The notes beneath the pieces were generated by a model. It did not search any database. It saw nothing but the letters and a program-made list of their open reading frames with translations, and was not told the origin of the DNA. The translations under genes and the position numbers were made by a program. 64,000 bases of DNA from Candidatus Latescibacterota bacterium (GTDB lineage: Bacteria > Latescibacterota > UBA2968), in NCBI GenBank assembly GCA_965116885.1, contig OZ220741.1:1408001-1472000 (forward strand), written 5' to 3'. Shown piece after piece: positions 41,366 through 50,750 of the stretch (position 1 is its first letter; every line of letters starts with the position of its first letter).

Positions 41366-42013
41366 TTATCCTCCCGTTCTTCGCCCATAAGGAAAACCGA
41401 GGCCGACACAGGCAGAGATCGCTCGGTTTTTGATACTGGTTTCAGCATTGAAGTTAGGATCATAGAGAGCGGTTTTGTTGATGGATCGAATGCCCTCGGT
41501 GTATAGCAATTCTGCTTTGATTATCATCGCTTCAGAAAATGTCATTTGCGTGCCAAGTCCTACAATGATACCAAAGTCTGTGGTCTTGAACTCGAAGCGG
41601 TCTCTCCAGTGTCTTCTCGCTAACTGTTCGCCCTCGCTCCTAACTTTGAATGCTACTGATGGCCCTGCGAGTATAAATAAAGAAGGTGCATGATAGGGGG
41701 AGATAAGTGTGATATTGACTAGCCCAGAAAACTCAATATAGTCAACTTCTATGATGAAATCGTATAAGAAGTCATGGGCACCTTTTTGCACATAGTCACC
41801 ATTGAGTTGAAAGCCAAATCTGCCCCGTACTGGAAAAGTCCCGGAAAGACCCAGCTTGAGGGTGGCGCGTGCATTTACTGGATGCCTATCCATTATCTCT
41901 CCGCTCAGGGTTGCCAGATTCAGGCCCTCCCTAATAGAGAGTGTCGGTTGCCCAAGCATTGAGGCGGGATAGGACAGGACTGCAAATATCAGAATACCCA
42001 TAAAGTATCTCAT
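41366..42013 (-). CDS. Outer-membrane beta-barrel (PorT/OMP_b-brl-like) protein
   Basis: Signal peptide; GLNLATL, YVQKG, LAGPSV, DFGIIVGLG, KNRAIS..VGLGF. Confidence 0.75.
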   Translation of the reverse strand: MRYFMGILIFAVLSYPASMLGQPTLSIREGLNLATLSGEIMDRHPVNARATLKLGLSGTFPVRGRFGFQLNGDYVQKGAHDFLYDFIIEVDYIEFSGLVNITLISPYHAPSLFILAGPSVAFKVRSEGEQLARRHWRDRFEFKTTDFGIIVGLGTQMTFSEAMIIKAELLYTEGIRSINKTALYDPNFNAETSIKNRAISACVGLGFPYGRRTGG

Positions 42014-42051
42014 ATCTCCCCCCTGTACATTCAGTTCCGAAAAAACGTTTA

Positions 42052-42186
42052 GATGCTGTTGCCGAATTGGTATTGGTGGGAAGGGAGTCTGCGATTACAA
42101 AAAAGGCTATTTGTGGCCTGAATGCAGGCTCTGTAAGCCCTATGTTTAGTTGCATCGAGACAGATTCGAAATTCGGCAACAGCATC
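42052..42186. mobile_element. 135-bp MITE / internally deleted IS
   Basis: Perfect 17-bp terminal inverted repeats GATGCTGTTGCCGAATT (42052-42068) and AATTCGGCAACAGCATC (42170-42186); flanks GTTTA/GTTTT may be a target duplication. Confidence 0.7.
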
Positions 42187-42215
42187 GTTTTGGCGGAGAG
42201 TTTAGGGCTTGTTTT

Positions 42216-42383
42216 TCAAGCCTGTGATTGTACTGATCGCTGCTTTATCTCTCTATTTTGTTGGTTTATTCTACTCATCATCGTGCGCAAGGCCTCGGAT
42301 CGAACTTTATCGCCCCAGATAGCATAGAGTAAGGCGAGATGAGCCAAATGATCGCGTTTTGTTATCTGTGTCTGAACATTCAT
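42216..42383 (-). CDS. Small protein (55 aa), paralogue of 61106-61294
   Basis: Manual translation MNVQTQITKRDHLAHLALLYAIWGDKVRSEALRTMMSRINQQNREIKQRSVQSQA; GAGGTG SD. Confidence 0.7.
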   Translation of the reverse strand: MNVQTQITKRDHLAHLALLYAIWGDKVRSEALRTMMSRINQQNREIKQRSVQSQA

Positions 42384-42434
42384 AAGTCACCTCAGTAAAA
42401 TCTGATTGTTATTATTCTCTCGCACATTCTATAA

Positions 42435-42450
42435 AGCAAGATGCGTGCCA
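42435..42450 (-). promoter_or_regulatory. Sigma54 promoter (copy A)
   Basis: TGGCACGCATCTTGCT, matching consensus TGGCACG-N4-TTGCW. Confidence 0.9.
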
Positions 42451-42557
42451 TAAATTTGTTGAAATAAAAAAAAGCACTTAAAAATGCTCAAGTGCTTGAA
42501 AAACAAAAAGATAAAATGTTTATGTTTTAAATTCTATAAGTTGTCGCTTTCTGTGAA

Positions 42558-42608
42558 GTGTATAATTTTTTATACGATTGAAAAAGAAACCACGAAAAAA
42601 TTATATAC
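42558..42608. promoter_or_regulatory. Candidate upstream activator sites (copy A)
   Basis: Palindrome GTATAA-TTTT-TTATAC (42560-42575); inverted 13/14 copy at 42595-42608. Confidence 0.55.
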
Positions 42609-42631
42609 CTCACAAGGTCACGTCCAATTTG

Positions 42632-43987
42632 CTAACGCATCTTTAGACGCTCCATCTTTTTTATTAACCCATCGCGGGTCAACCCCAATTCTTTAGCCGC
42701 ATGCGTGATATTGCCTGCGTGTTTCTTGAGCACATCCTGGATTATATGTTTTTCAAACACTGCGACTCTCGCTTTTAAATGGCCTTTAGTCTGTGTCTCT
42801 ATCCCCAGGCTACCCCCAATAGGCTTTGGGAACAAATCAGGCGTAATTTCACGACCTTCTTCTGACAGGGCAACGGCTCGCTCCATCACATGCATCAATT
42901 CCCGCACATTGCCTGGCCAGGTATATTCGCACAATACATCCATCGCCTCGGTGGAAATCCCTTGAACCACTTTTTCAGAGGTCTCGGCAAAGTCGTTCAA
43001 AAAGTGATGGGCAAGAAGTTGAATATCTCCATGCCGATCCCTGAGAGGTGGCAGGTGAATCTCAAAGGTGTTAAGTCGATAAAATAAATCTTCTCGAAAC
43101 CTGCCTGCTTCAATCAATGCCTCGATATTCTGATTGGTCGCTGAGATGAGACGGATGTTGATCTCTATCTCCTTATTGCTTCCCAGCCTGCGAATTTTGT
43201 GATCTTCCAAAACCCGCAAGAACTTCACTTGAAGGGGCATGGGCAATTCCCCGATTTCATCGAGAAAAAATGTCCCACCCTTCGCGTGTTCGATTAACCC
43301 GACGCGGTTCTGTTTCGCATCTGTGAATGCCCCCTTTGTATGGCCAAATATCTCACTTTCAATTAGAGGCTCTGGCAAGCCCCCGCAGTTGAGCGGCACA
43401 AACGGCTTATGGCTGCGCTTGCTATTTGCATGAATACACTGGGCCACCAGTTCTTTTCCTGTTCCGCTCTCCCCTGTGATCAGGACATTGGCAGGTGTAT
43501 TACTGATTTTTCGCATCAAATCAAATACCTGAGAGATTGCCTCACTATTCCCGATGATGTTTTCGTACCGAAACCGCGTATCCAGCATTTCCTTTAAAGC
43601 TATGTTCTCCTCCCTCACATGTCGCAGTTTCAATGCCCGTTCTATTACGATTAAAAATGCATCTGGATCAAATGGTTTCCGAACAAAGTCGAACGCGCCT
43701 GCTCTGATCGCTTTCACTGCACTCTCAATGGTTCCATATCCGGTAAAGACGATTACAACAGCCTCTTGATCGCGTGCCATAATGCTTTCAAGTACAGCCA
43801 TCCCGTCCATTCCGGGCATTTTTAAATCCACTATGACCAGATCGGGGTTTTCAGTCTCGAATAACGCGAGACCCGCCTCACCCGAATCTGTCACGACAAC
43901 AGCGTACCCTGCTGTCTCCAGAAACTTCTGGCAACCGCGCAACATATCCGGTTCGTCATCTATTACGAGGATCTTATCTTTTTGCAT
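42632..43987 (-). CDS. Sigma54-dependent response regulator (copy A)
   Basis: REC (DLKMP), GESGTGKE, GAFTDA, FLDEIG, WPGNVREL, HTH. Confidence 0.95.
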   Translation of the reverse strand: MQKDKILVIDDEPDMLRGCQKFLETAGYAVVVTDSGEAGLALFETENPDLVIVDLKMPGMDGMAVLESIMARDQEAVVIVFTGYGTIESAVKAIRAGAFDFVRKPFDPDAFLIVIERALKLRHVREENIALKEMLDTRFRYENIIGNSEAISQVFDLMRKISNTPANVLITGESGTGKELVAQCIHANSKRSHKPFVPLNCGGLPEPLIESEIFGHTKGAFTDAKQNRVGLIEHAKGGTFFLDEIGELPMPLQVKFLRVLEDHKIRRLGSNKEIEINIRLISATNQNIEALIEAGRFREDLFYRLNTFEIHLPPLRDRHGDIQLLAHHFLNDFAETSEKVVQGISTEAMDVLCEYTWPGNVRELMHVMERAVALSEEGREITPDLFPKPIGGSLGIETQTKGHLKARVAVFEKHIIQDVLKKHAGNITHAAKELGLTRDGLIKKMERLKMR

Positions 43988-43992
43988 ATCTC

Positions 43993-45144
43993 TTACTCTG
44001 TTATGGGAAGATAAATCTGGAACTCACTGCCTTTGTCCGGTTGACTCCTCACTTCAATTCGGCCTCCATGCTCTTGAATTAAACCATAACTGACCGAAAG
44101 ACCCAGGCCGGTTCCTTCCCCCACTTCTTTGGTTGTAAAAAAAGGATCAAATAGATGGCTGAGATGTTCTTCCTCAATGCCTGTGCCTGTATCTCTTATC
44201 CGGACCACCACCCAATCTCGATCTGTTTGGTCTGTCTCCAGTGTCGTTGATACGGTCAGAACACCGCCATCGGGCATCGCTTCAATCGCATTGTTAAACA
44301 GATTCAACAACACCTGCTCAATGCGTATGGGATCCAAAAACACTTTGGGCAAACTGTCTGCCAATTCGGCTTGATACACAATGTCCTGATTTTGCAGCGT
44401 ATTTTCAACCAGTCTCGAGGCAGTATGCACGGTCTGGTTGACATTGATCCAGTCAGGGCTGAAAGATCCCTGCCTGGAAAAAGCCTGTAGCCCCGATATG
44501 ATCTGCCCGATCTTATTGTTCTGGCGTTGAATGACCCTTAGTGTCTCGATCAGGTCTTCTGGCAATTTTTGACTTTCGATATTTTGCATCACATTGGCGA
44601 TATGGAGTTTGATAATGCTCACGGGGTTGTTCACCTCATGTGCAATCCCGCTAATCAATCTACCCACGGCTGCGAGTTTGGTTGATTGTACCAATTGCTC
44701 CTCCAAAAGTATGCGCTCTGTCATGTCGCGGATAATGCCAGCAAATAATCGCTTGTCTTTTAAGGGTACCTCACTGACAGCCAGATCCATTGGAAATTCA
44801 GTTCCATCTTTACGCAGGCCGTTCACTTGACGTCCTGCTCCGATAATTTTGGGCACGCCGGTTTTGAGATATCTACCGATATAGCCATCGTGTTCACTCT
44901 GGTAAGGCTCGGGCATCAGCATGTTGACCTTGTTTCCGATAACTTCCTCAGCCCGGTAGCCGAATATCTTCTCGGCAGCGGAATTGAATGTTTGTACAAT
45001 CCCCTGAGTGTCAATCGTAATAATCGCGTCAACAGTCGTTTCCAGGATCGCCTTGTAATGGCTTGCCGCCTCCTCAAGTGCTGTGAGCCTACCTGCCGTC
45101 GCACTGGCAGGGATTTGGTCTCTGTGCTCGCTTTGCGTGTTCAT
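43993..45144 (-). CDS. Soluble PAS histidine kinase with FixL-like heme-PAS domain
   Basis: LMPEPYQSEHDGYIGRYL.TG..KIIG.GR PAS; AHEVNNP, NLFNNA, DTGTG, FFTTK, GTGLGL; start MNTQSE. Confidence 0.92.
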   Translation of the reverse strand: MNTQSEHRDQIPASATAGRLTALEEAASHYKAILETTVDAIITIDTQGIVQTFNSAAEKIFGYRAEEVIGNKVNMLMPEPYQSEHDGYIGRYLKTGVPKIIGAGRQVNGLRKDGTEFPMDLAVSEVPLKDKRLFAGIIRDMTERILLEEQLVQSTKLAAVGRLISGIAHEVNNPVSIIKLHIANVMQNIESQKLPEDLIETLRVIQRQNNKIGQIISGLQAFSRQGSFSPDWINVNQTVHTASRLVENTLQNQDIVYQAELADSLPKVFLDPIRIEQVLLNLFNNAIEAMPDGGVLTVSTTLETDQTDRDWVVVRIRDTGTGIEEEHLSHLFDPFFTTKEVGEGTGLGLSVSYGLIQEHGGRIEVRSQPDKGSEFQIYLPITE

Positions 45145-45249
45145 CGTACCACCTCGAGATTCTGGTCTCATCAGGACGGCTATATTTTGTCTTGAATTGT
45201 GGGGCATTACATGATATGCTTATTTTGCGGAAGAAAAAATAAAAATAAA

Positions 45250-45283
45250 AGGCATACTTCACCCGTCAAAGCAAAGTATGCCT
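45250..45283. promoter_or_regulatory. Conserved inverted repeat (candidate operator), copy A
   Basis: AGGCATACTT-N14-AAGTATGCCT; identical arms at 63493-63526. Confidence 0.6.
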
Positions 45284-45391
45284 CCGACCATATCACCAAC
45301 CCATAAGCGAGTTGGCTTGATAAATAATTTCTATTCTTCGATGCTCGTTGTCGAAATTTTTTTTATACAATTCACACAGTTGAGGGACGCG

Positions 45392-45526
45392 ATGGTGAAT
45401 GAGGTCGTGACCATCAGGGTCTCCACACACCTTAAACAACATTGCGGCACACTTGTAATGATGATGACCAGGCATTTTAATAAAAAAAGAGCGGGTCCTT
45501 TTTGGCTCGCTCTTTTCAATACTTAA
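45392..45526 (+). pseudogene. 5' stub of the XRE-HTH/pentapeptide gene
   Basis: MVNEVVTIRVSTHLKQ matches MVNEVVATRISKHLKQ at 63636; homology ends at about 45440. Confidence 0.7.
45482..45516 (-). terminator. Rho-independent terminator closing the RiPP operon
   Basis: Minus strand AAAAGAGCGAGCC-loop-GACCCGCTC-TTTTTTT. Confidence 0.75.
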
Positions 45527-45596
45527 CGCAGAACTAAAGATGCTTGAGATGTTATCAGTGAGGTCCTAACAGGAAGGCCCACAGAGATCTCCAATG

Positions 45597-46943
45597 CTAT
45601 AATTTAAAGACGTGATCTTTCTTTCCCGATACAACCTGCGTGGCATTGCGCGTATCGACAATATAGCGCGCGTGCTTTACTATCCATTCATAATCCCAAT
45701 CGCTGTGATGGGTCACAATCACCACACAATGGGCTTCTGTTATATTTTTTTTATTCAAAGAGGTACTCTTCAAGTCCAAACTTTCTGTCTGCAAGTGATC
45801 TACAAACGGATCGCAATACGAGACTTTCGCCCCTTTCTCCTGAAGCATTTCTATAATATCCAATGCCGGCGACTCGCGAATATCGCGTACATCGGGTTTG
45901 TACGTCACGCCCAATATCAGGATGTTCGCGCTCTTCAAACACCGCTCGTATTCGTTGAGTGCGTCGGTGATTTTTTCGACCACATAGCCCGGCATGCTGC
46001 GCGTCACTTCGCTGGCCAATTCGATAAAGCGCGCATTGTAATTTAAGGTCTTGAGCTTCCAGGCCAGAAAGTGAGGATCAACTGGAATACAATGCCCGCC
46101 CAACCCAGGACCGGGATAAAACGGCATAAACCCAAACGGCTTGGTCGCTGCGGCATCGATTACTTCCCAAACATCCACCCTTAGCCGGTCACACATCAGG
46201 GCCACTTCATTGACGAGGCCGATATTTACACTGCGAAAAGTATTTTCGAGCAACTTGGTCATTTCAGCAGCCTGGGTCGATGAGACCGGTACGACTTCGC
46301 CGATCAATTGTCGGTAAAAATGCGTGCCTATTTCTGTGCAAGACGGGGTAATACCCCCCACGACTTTGGGCGTATTGGTGATGGTATAAACTTTATTGCC
46401 CGGATCGACGCGCTCTGGAGAAAATACCAGAAAAAAATCTCGACCAACTTTCAAGCCACTTTCTTCGAGCAGGGGCAATACCAGTTCATGGGTCGTACCT
46501 GGATACGTCGTGCTCTCCAAAATCACCAGTTGTCCGCAGCGCAGTCGGTCTTTGATTGCATCACATGCTTGTACAATAAATGAGACATCCGGATCGCGTG
46601 CTTTATTCAAGGGTGTGGGCACACATACCACGACCACATCGGCTTCATTGAGCACATTGAATTCTTGTGTTGCTGTCAGTTTTCCCACAGCTTTAAGACT
46701 TGTCACCTCAAATTCCGATACACCCTGCACATCGGACTTTCCCGATTCTACTATCTTTACTTTGCGGGCGGATGTATCGATTCCCGTGGTGGAAAATCCC
46801 GCCTTACCTAATGCCACAGATAAAGGCAATCCCACATACCCCAATCCCATCACTGCCACCTGTGCCTCGTGTGACGCGATCTTCTCCTCCAGAATCTGTC
46901 TGGAATCGACGCTTCCCCAGGGTAATCTTTCTGTCAGGGCCAT
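45597..46943 (-). CDS. UDP-N-acetylhexosamine 6-dehydrogenase (WecC/WbpA family)
   Basis: GLGYVGLP, CVPTP, LESTTYPG, SPERVDPG, KLLENTFR, GPGLGGHCIPVDP. Confidence 0.93.
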   Translation of the reverse strand: MALTERLPWGSVDSRQILEEKIASHEAQVAVMGLGYVGLPLSVALGKAGFSTTGIDTSARKVKIVESGKSDVQGVSEFEVTSLKAVGKLTATQEFNVLNEADVVVVCVPTPLNKARDPDVSFIVQACDAIKDRLRCGQLVILESTTYPGTTHELVLPLLEESGLKVGRDFFLVFSPERVDPGNKVYTITNTPKVVGGITPSCTEIGTHFYRQLIGEVVPVSSTQAAEMTKLLENTFRSVNIGLVNEVALMCDRLRVDVWEVIDAAATKPFGFMPFYPGPGLGGHCIPVDPHFLAWKLKTLNYNARFIELASEVTRSMPGYVVEKITDALNEYERCLKSANILILGVTYKPDVRDIRESPALDIIEMLQEKGAKVSYCDPFVDHLQTESLDLKSTSLNKKNITEAHCVVIVTHHSDWDYEWIVKHARYIVDTRNATQVVSGKKDHVFKL

Positions 46944-46988
46944 TGTGTCATCCTCTCAGAATAAATCTATTTGATTTTCAGGACAGGA

Positions 46989-48095
46989 TTAACTTTTTAA
47001 TTCAGCAACGATTCGCTCTGCGGCATTGCCATCCCACAACTCAGGTAAGCGACCAGATTTATAGTGCCCATTCAAAACAGATTCAGCCTTTGCGACAATG
47101 CGTTCGGGACAAACGCCCACCAGTGTGTTCGTCCCAATATCTATAGTCTCTGGTCGTTCTGTATTCTCTCTAAGCGTCAAACACGACACACCCAAAGCCG
47201 TCGTCTCTTCTTGCAATCCCCCTGAATCTGTCATCACAAATTTTGCATTCTTCTGAAGTTTCAAAGAATCGAGATAGCCCACCGGATCCATAAGTTTGAT
47301 ATGGTCCATCATCTCAAGCTTTTGCAAAAAACCGAATCCGGACAGGCGATTGCGGGTTCTCGGATGCAAAGGCCACGCGATGGGACATTTGAGGGCTTGC
47401 AACGCGGATGCAATACCAGCCAACGTATCTGAACAATCGACATTTGAGGCGCGATGGAGGGTTAGAAAAACGTATTCTCGAATCGATAAACCGTGTATGT
47501 CCAGAATGCGGGATTCATCGGCTTTGGGGGATAGCAACATCAGAGAATCTATCATCACATTGCCCACAAAATGAATGCGGCTCTCTTCTATGCCTTCGCG
47601 CCTCAGATTTTCACATGCCTGCATTGAAGGTGCAAACAGAAGATCGGATATAGCATCCACCACAATTCGATTGATCTCTTCGGGCATTGACCGATCCCAA
47701 CTTCGCAACCCCGCCTCTATGTGTCCAACGGGAATTTGCAATTTCGCGGCATCCATCGCACAGGCTAAAGTGGAATTTACGTCACCGACGACAAGCACCC
47801 AATCTGGTTTTTCCGACAATAAAACCTCCTCAAAGCCCATCATGATCTGCGCTGTCTGGTGCGCGTGACTGCCCGACCCCACATTCAATTCATAATGCGG
47901 TCTGGGTAGATTTAAGTCTCGAAAGAAAATATCGGACATCAGATCATCGTAGTGTTGTCCCGTATGGACCAGAATCGGCTCAAACCAATCGGGTGTCTCG
48001 GTCAGTTGATTCCACAGCGGGGCAACTTTCATAAAATTGGGTCGCGCACCTGCAACAAGGATAATTTTCACCTGTGTTCTCCTCAATGGTGTCAT
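46989..48095 (-). CDS. wecB: UDP-GlcNAc 2-epimerase (non-hydrolysing)
   Basis: GARPNFMK, HTGQHY, GDVNST, HIEAGLRS, MPEEINR, TDSGGLQEE, TERPE. Confidence 0.95.
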   Translation of the reverse strand: MTPLRRTQVKIILVAGARPNFMKVAPLWNQLTETPDWFEPILVHTGQHYDDLMSDIFFRDLNLPRPHYELNVGSGSHAHQTAQIMMGFEEVLLSEKPDWVLVVGDVNSTLACAMDAAKLQIPVGHIEAGLRSWDRSMPEEINRIVVDAISDLLFAPSMQACENLRREGIEESRIHFVGNVMIDSLMLLSPKADESRILDIHGLSIREYVFLTLHRASNVDCSDTLAGIASALQALKCPIAWPLHPRTRNRLSGFGFLQKLEMMDHIKLMDPVGYLDSLKLQKNAKFVMTDSGGLQEETTALGVSCLTLRENTERPETIDIGTNTLVGVCPERIVAKAESVLNGHYKSGRLPELWDGNAAERIVAELKS

Positions 48096-49282
48096 TTATT
48101 TAACACACGATTATAGATGTCAAGCCACTGTGCTGTTTCTTGAGTTGGAGAAAATTGGTTTTCCACTTTATGTTTTGCGGTCTTCCCAAGCCTTTTTCTC
48201 AGTTCTGTATCCTCAAGTAATAGTTGCAATTTTTGGGATAACATATTGGCGTCACCAGAGGCAACAAGAAGGCAATCCCTATTATCTTCAACTATATCAA
48301 GAATACCACCAACTTGAGAGGCCACAATGGGCAGTTCGCAGGCCATCGCCTCCAAGAGTGCATTTGGTGAACCTTCATGAAGCGAAGGGAAGGCAAAAAT
48401 ATCCATCTCCCTCATCCACGCCATCACTTCTCGATGTGGAATATAACCCGTAAATACAATGTGCCTTTTTATCCCCAGATCACTGATCTGCTGCAACATA
48501 TCTCTTTTATAGGATTCTTGTGCAAACTGACCTACAACGAGCAAATAAGAATCGGGATAAACTTTAACAATCTCTCCAAATGCCTGTAAGAGAATGTGAA
48601 ACCCCTTTATAGGCCGCAAAAATCCAGCAGTTCCAATGACTGTGCCACCTTGTGATTTCATCCGTAAAAAGGTTTCAGTAAGTACTTGCAGTCTATTATT
48701 ATGCTCTCCTGTTATTTCTGGCAGTGCGCGTACATCAAATATTGACACATCAAAAACATTGGGGATGACCTTTCCTGCTTTGATGCTTACCGTTCGACGC
48801 ATTTTTTGCATGAGTTCAGATGATACTGACGTTACATAATCGGCCCGTTCTAATACCCACCTTAGATTTGCTAAGTGTTGGATGCTATAGCGCAAGACTT
48901 CCCAATCGCTACCTCGAACACTGGCGATGAAAGGTCGCTCAATTTCAGCAGCCACGACTGCACCTAAAAAGCCAGGAGGCATAAGAAAAGCTGCATGAAC
49001 CAGGTCAAAACGCTGTTTCTGATGGAGTTTTACAATGTAGTTACCAAGCACCTGTAAACCATGCGGATCAGCATGATAATCTGATAATATTGAAAAAGTC
49101 CGATGTACTGTCACCCCATCTTCTACGACAGGTGAAATTTTATCTCTTAATTGATGGGGACCCGGCGCAATAATATGGATATTGACATCCCTTTTTGCCA
49201 GATTCTGGGCAATCCGATAAATTGCACTTCCCACTCCTCCTGGGTATGGTGGATATTGGTAGGTAACCAAGCAGATGTTCAT
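48092..49282 (-). CDS. GT4 glycosyltransferase
   Basis: PYPGGVG, KGF, PSLHEGSPNALLEAMA (E-x7-E). Confidence 0.92.
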   Translation of the reverse strand: MNICLVTYQYPPYPGGVGSAIYRIAQNLAKRDVNIHIIAPGPHQLRDKISPVVEDGVTVHRTFSILSDYHADPHGLQVLGNYIVKLHQKQRFDLVHAAFLMPPGFLGAVVAAEIERPFIASVRGSDWEVLRYSIQHLANLRWVLERADYVTSVSSELMQKMRRTVSIKAGKVIPNVFDVSIFDVRALPEITGEHNNRLQVLTETFLRMKSQGGTVIGTAGFLRPIKGFHILLQAFGEIVKVYPDSYLLVVGQFAQESYKRDMLQQISDLGIKRHIVFTGYIPHREVMAWMREMDIFAFPSLHEGSPNALLEAMACELPIVASQVGGILDIVEDNRDCLLVASGDANMLSQKLQLLLEDTELRKRLGKTAKHKVENQFSPTQETAQWLDIYNRVLNK

Positions 49283-49292
49283 GCTTACCTCC

Positions 49293-50600
49293 TCAGTGTA
49301 TGCCTGGTGTTCTTGGCTTTCGTATCACCAGCAGGCCCCATCGCACTATTGTCTTAGTTGATCTCATCAGCCTTTTCATCATTCGATATATAGCAAAACT
49401 TAACATCAAGATGAGTAGAGAAGGAAAAAAGAACCTTGACAGGGCACTCCCAATATTTTTCCAATCTCCAGCGGCAAAGCCGCTTATTATCTCGCTAAAA
49501 GTCTTATATACAAGACCGGGATAGTTTGAAATCAAATCGGGAAAGAGAAAAAAAATCTTGTAAAAGAACAAGACGAAGAAGCTGGCACTGACAATTCCAT
49601 ACACGCAGAGAAACGATTTTATCTTCCCACTGATGCGTAAAAAAATAGGTTCAGCAATCTCTCTCTCTCTTAAAATGAAACGCTTGACAAAGTATTTCAG
49701 AATTTCTAAAGATCTTTTTCTGAGATTTGGCACGCCTGCTATATCTGAAAAAAGCCAATACCCATCAAATCGGAAAATTGGATTCAAGTTAAACAGTGCT
49801 GACCCGTAGTTAAAAAGAATCAAAAATAAAAACACGCTACTTGCTGTCGTCAGATACAGTATGAAGAGTATAGGAATAAAAATAAGCTGAAAATATATAC
49901 CTCCGAAATCCACCATCGCACGTTGCATTCTCGGTAGCCTCCAGGCATCCGTTACATTAGAATAAAGAACGGGAAAGCGCAGATACAATCCTATCCCAAT
50001 CTCTCCGGGTGACGCGCCATAATAAGCACAAGCTGAAGCATGACCTAACTCGTGGAAAATCCCTAAAACACCAAAAATTATCAGCGTTAGAATCGTATCT
50101 TGAAACGAAATATCATAAATAGTAAAGTCTATGACTTGGAGTTGAAAAAAATAGAAATACCCAAAAAAGACAAAAGAGAAAAAAATAAAAGAGATCAAAA
50201 TTTTTGGATAAAAAAGAGTCTTGAGAATATTACTAACGGCATGAACCGCATTCGCCCGCATAAAAGGGTATTGAAAATAAAAATACGAATTGCTTGTTTG
50301 AGCATCTACATCTGAGGTTGTATTTTCAAGGATTCCGTAGGGTTTTAGAAATGAATGGATAATTGCAGCAATGTCTTTGGCAGAGTATGTCTTATTCCTG
50401 ATAGAAGAGTATGCGCTTGCAATTTCAGACAGCGTTTTTTTGCCGTCTATCAACTCGATGATTTGATAGACACCCTCGCTTATTTCAAACCGTTTCGTGC
50501 CTATGCACAAAACATAACTTTCCTCTACTAAAGCGGTATCGAATTTATACATAGAGATTTTCGGAACCAACTTAATCGGATCTGGTAGGGATTCTTGCAT
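49293..50600 (-). CDS. M50-type membrane zinc peptidase with N-terminal PqqD/RRE-like domain
   Basis: HELGH, NLNPIFRFDGY, TM helices; N-terminal IIELIDGKKTLSEIA typical of PqqD-like RREs. Confidence 0.82.
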   Translation of the reverse strand: MQESLPDPIKLVPKISMYKFDTALVEESYVLCIGTKRFEISEGVYQIIELIDGKKTLSEIASAYSSIRNKTYSAKDIAAIIHSFLKPYGILENTTSDVDAQTSNSYFYFQYPFMRANAVHAVSNILKTLFYPKILISFIFFSFVFFGYFYFFQLQVIDFTIYDISFQDTILTLIIFGVLGIFHELGHASACAYYGASPGEIGIGLYLRFPVLYSNVTDAWRLPRMQRAMVDFGGIYFQLIFIPILFILYLTTASSVFLFLILFNYGSALFNLNPIFRFDGYWLFSDIAGVPNLRKRSLEILKYFVKRFILREREIAEPIFLRISGKIKSFLCVYGIVSASFFVLFFYKIFFLFPDLISNYPGLVYKTFSEIISGFAAGDWKNIGSALSRFFFPSLLILMLSFAIYRMMKRLMRSTKTIVRWGLLVIRKPRTPGIH

Positions 50601-50750
50601 GGTGTATTCCTGTCTTGACTCTAAGAGACTATTTTAAAAATCCTTCCGGGAGCGCAGGCGTCACGCTGTTTTCACCCATCGCCTATTTGGTCCCAAATGG
50701 ACATGAGAATGCTTTGTCTATGCAAGTCTCTGAGGGTTTTAAAATAGCTT

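Larger units (their letters stand above)
42235..45440. repeat. Copy A of duplicated regulatory cassette
   Basis: Collinear high similarity to 61146-63684, except block 42541-42859 and the kinase segment deleted in copy B. Confidence 0.9.

Noticed and set aside
45293..45475. Paired minus-strand ORFs sharing LIHHRVPQLCEL (also 63453-63683)
   Set aside because: Similarity is explained by the duplicated plus-strand HTH gene start; frames diverge between copies
45597..49282. Ordinary capsule/O-antigen locus
   Set aside because: No flippase, polymerase or initiating transferase, and the genes are interleaved with peptide-processing genes; disfavoured but not excluded
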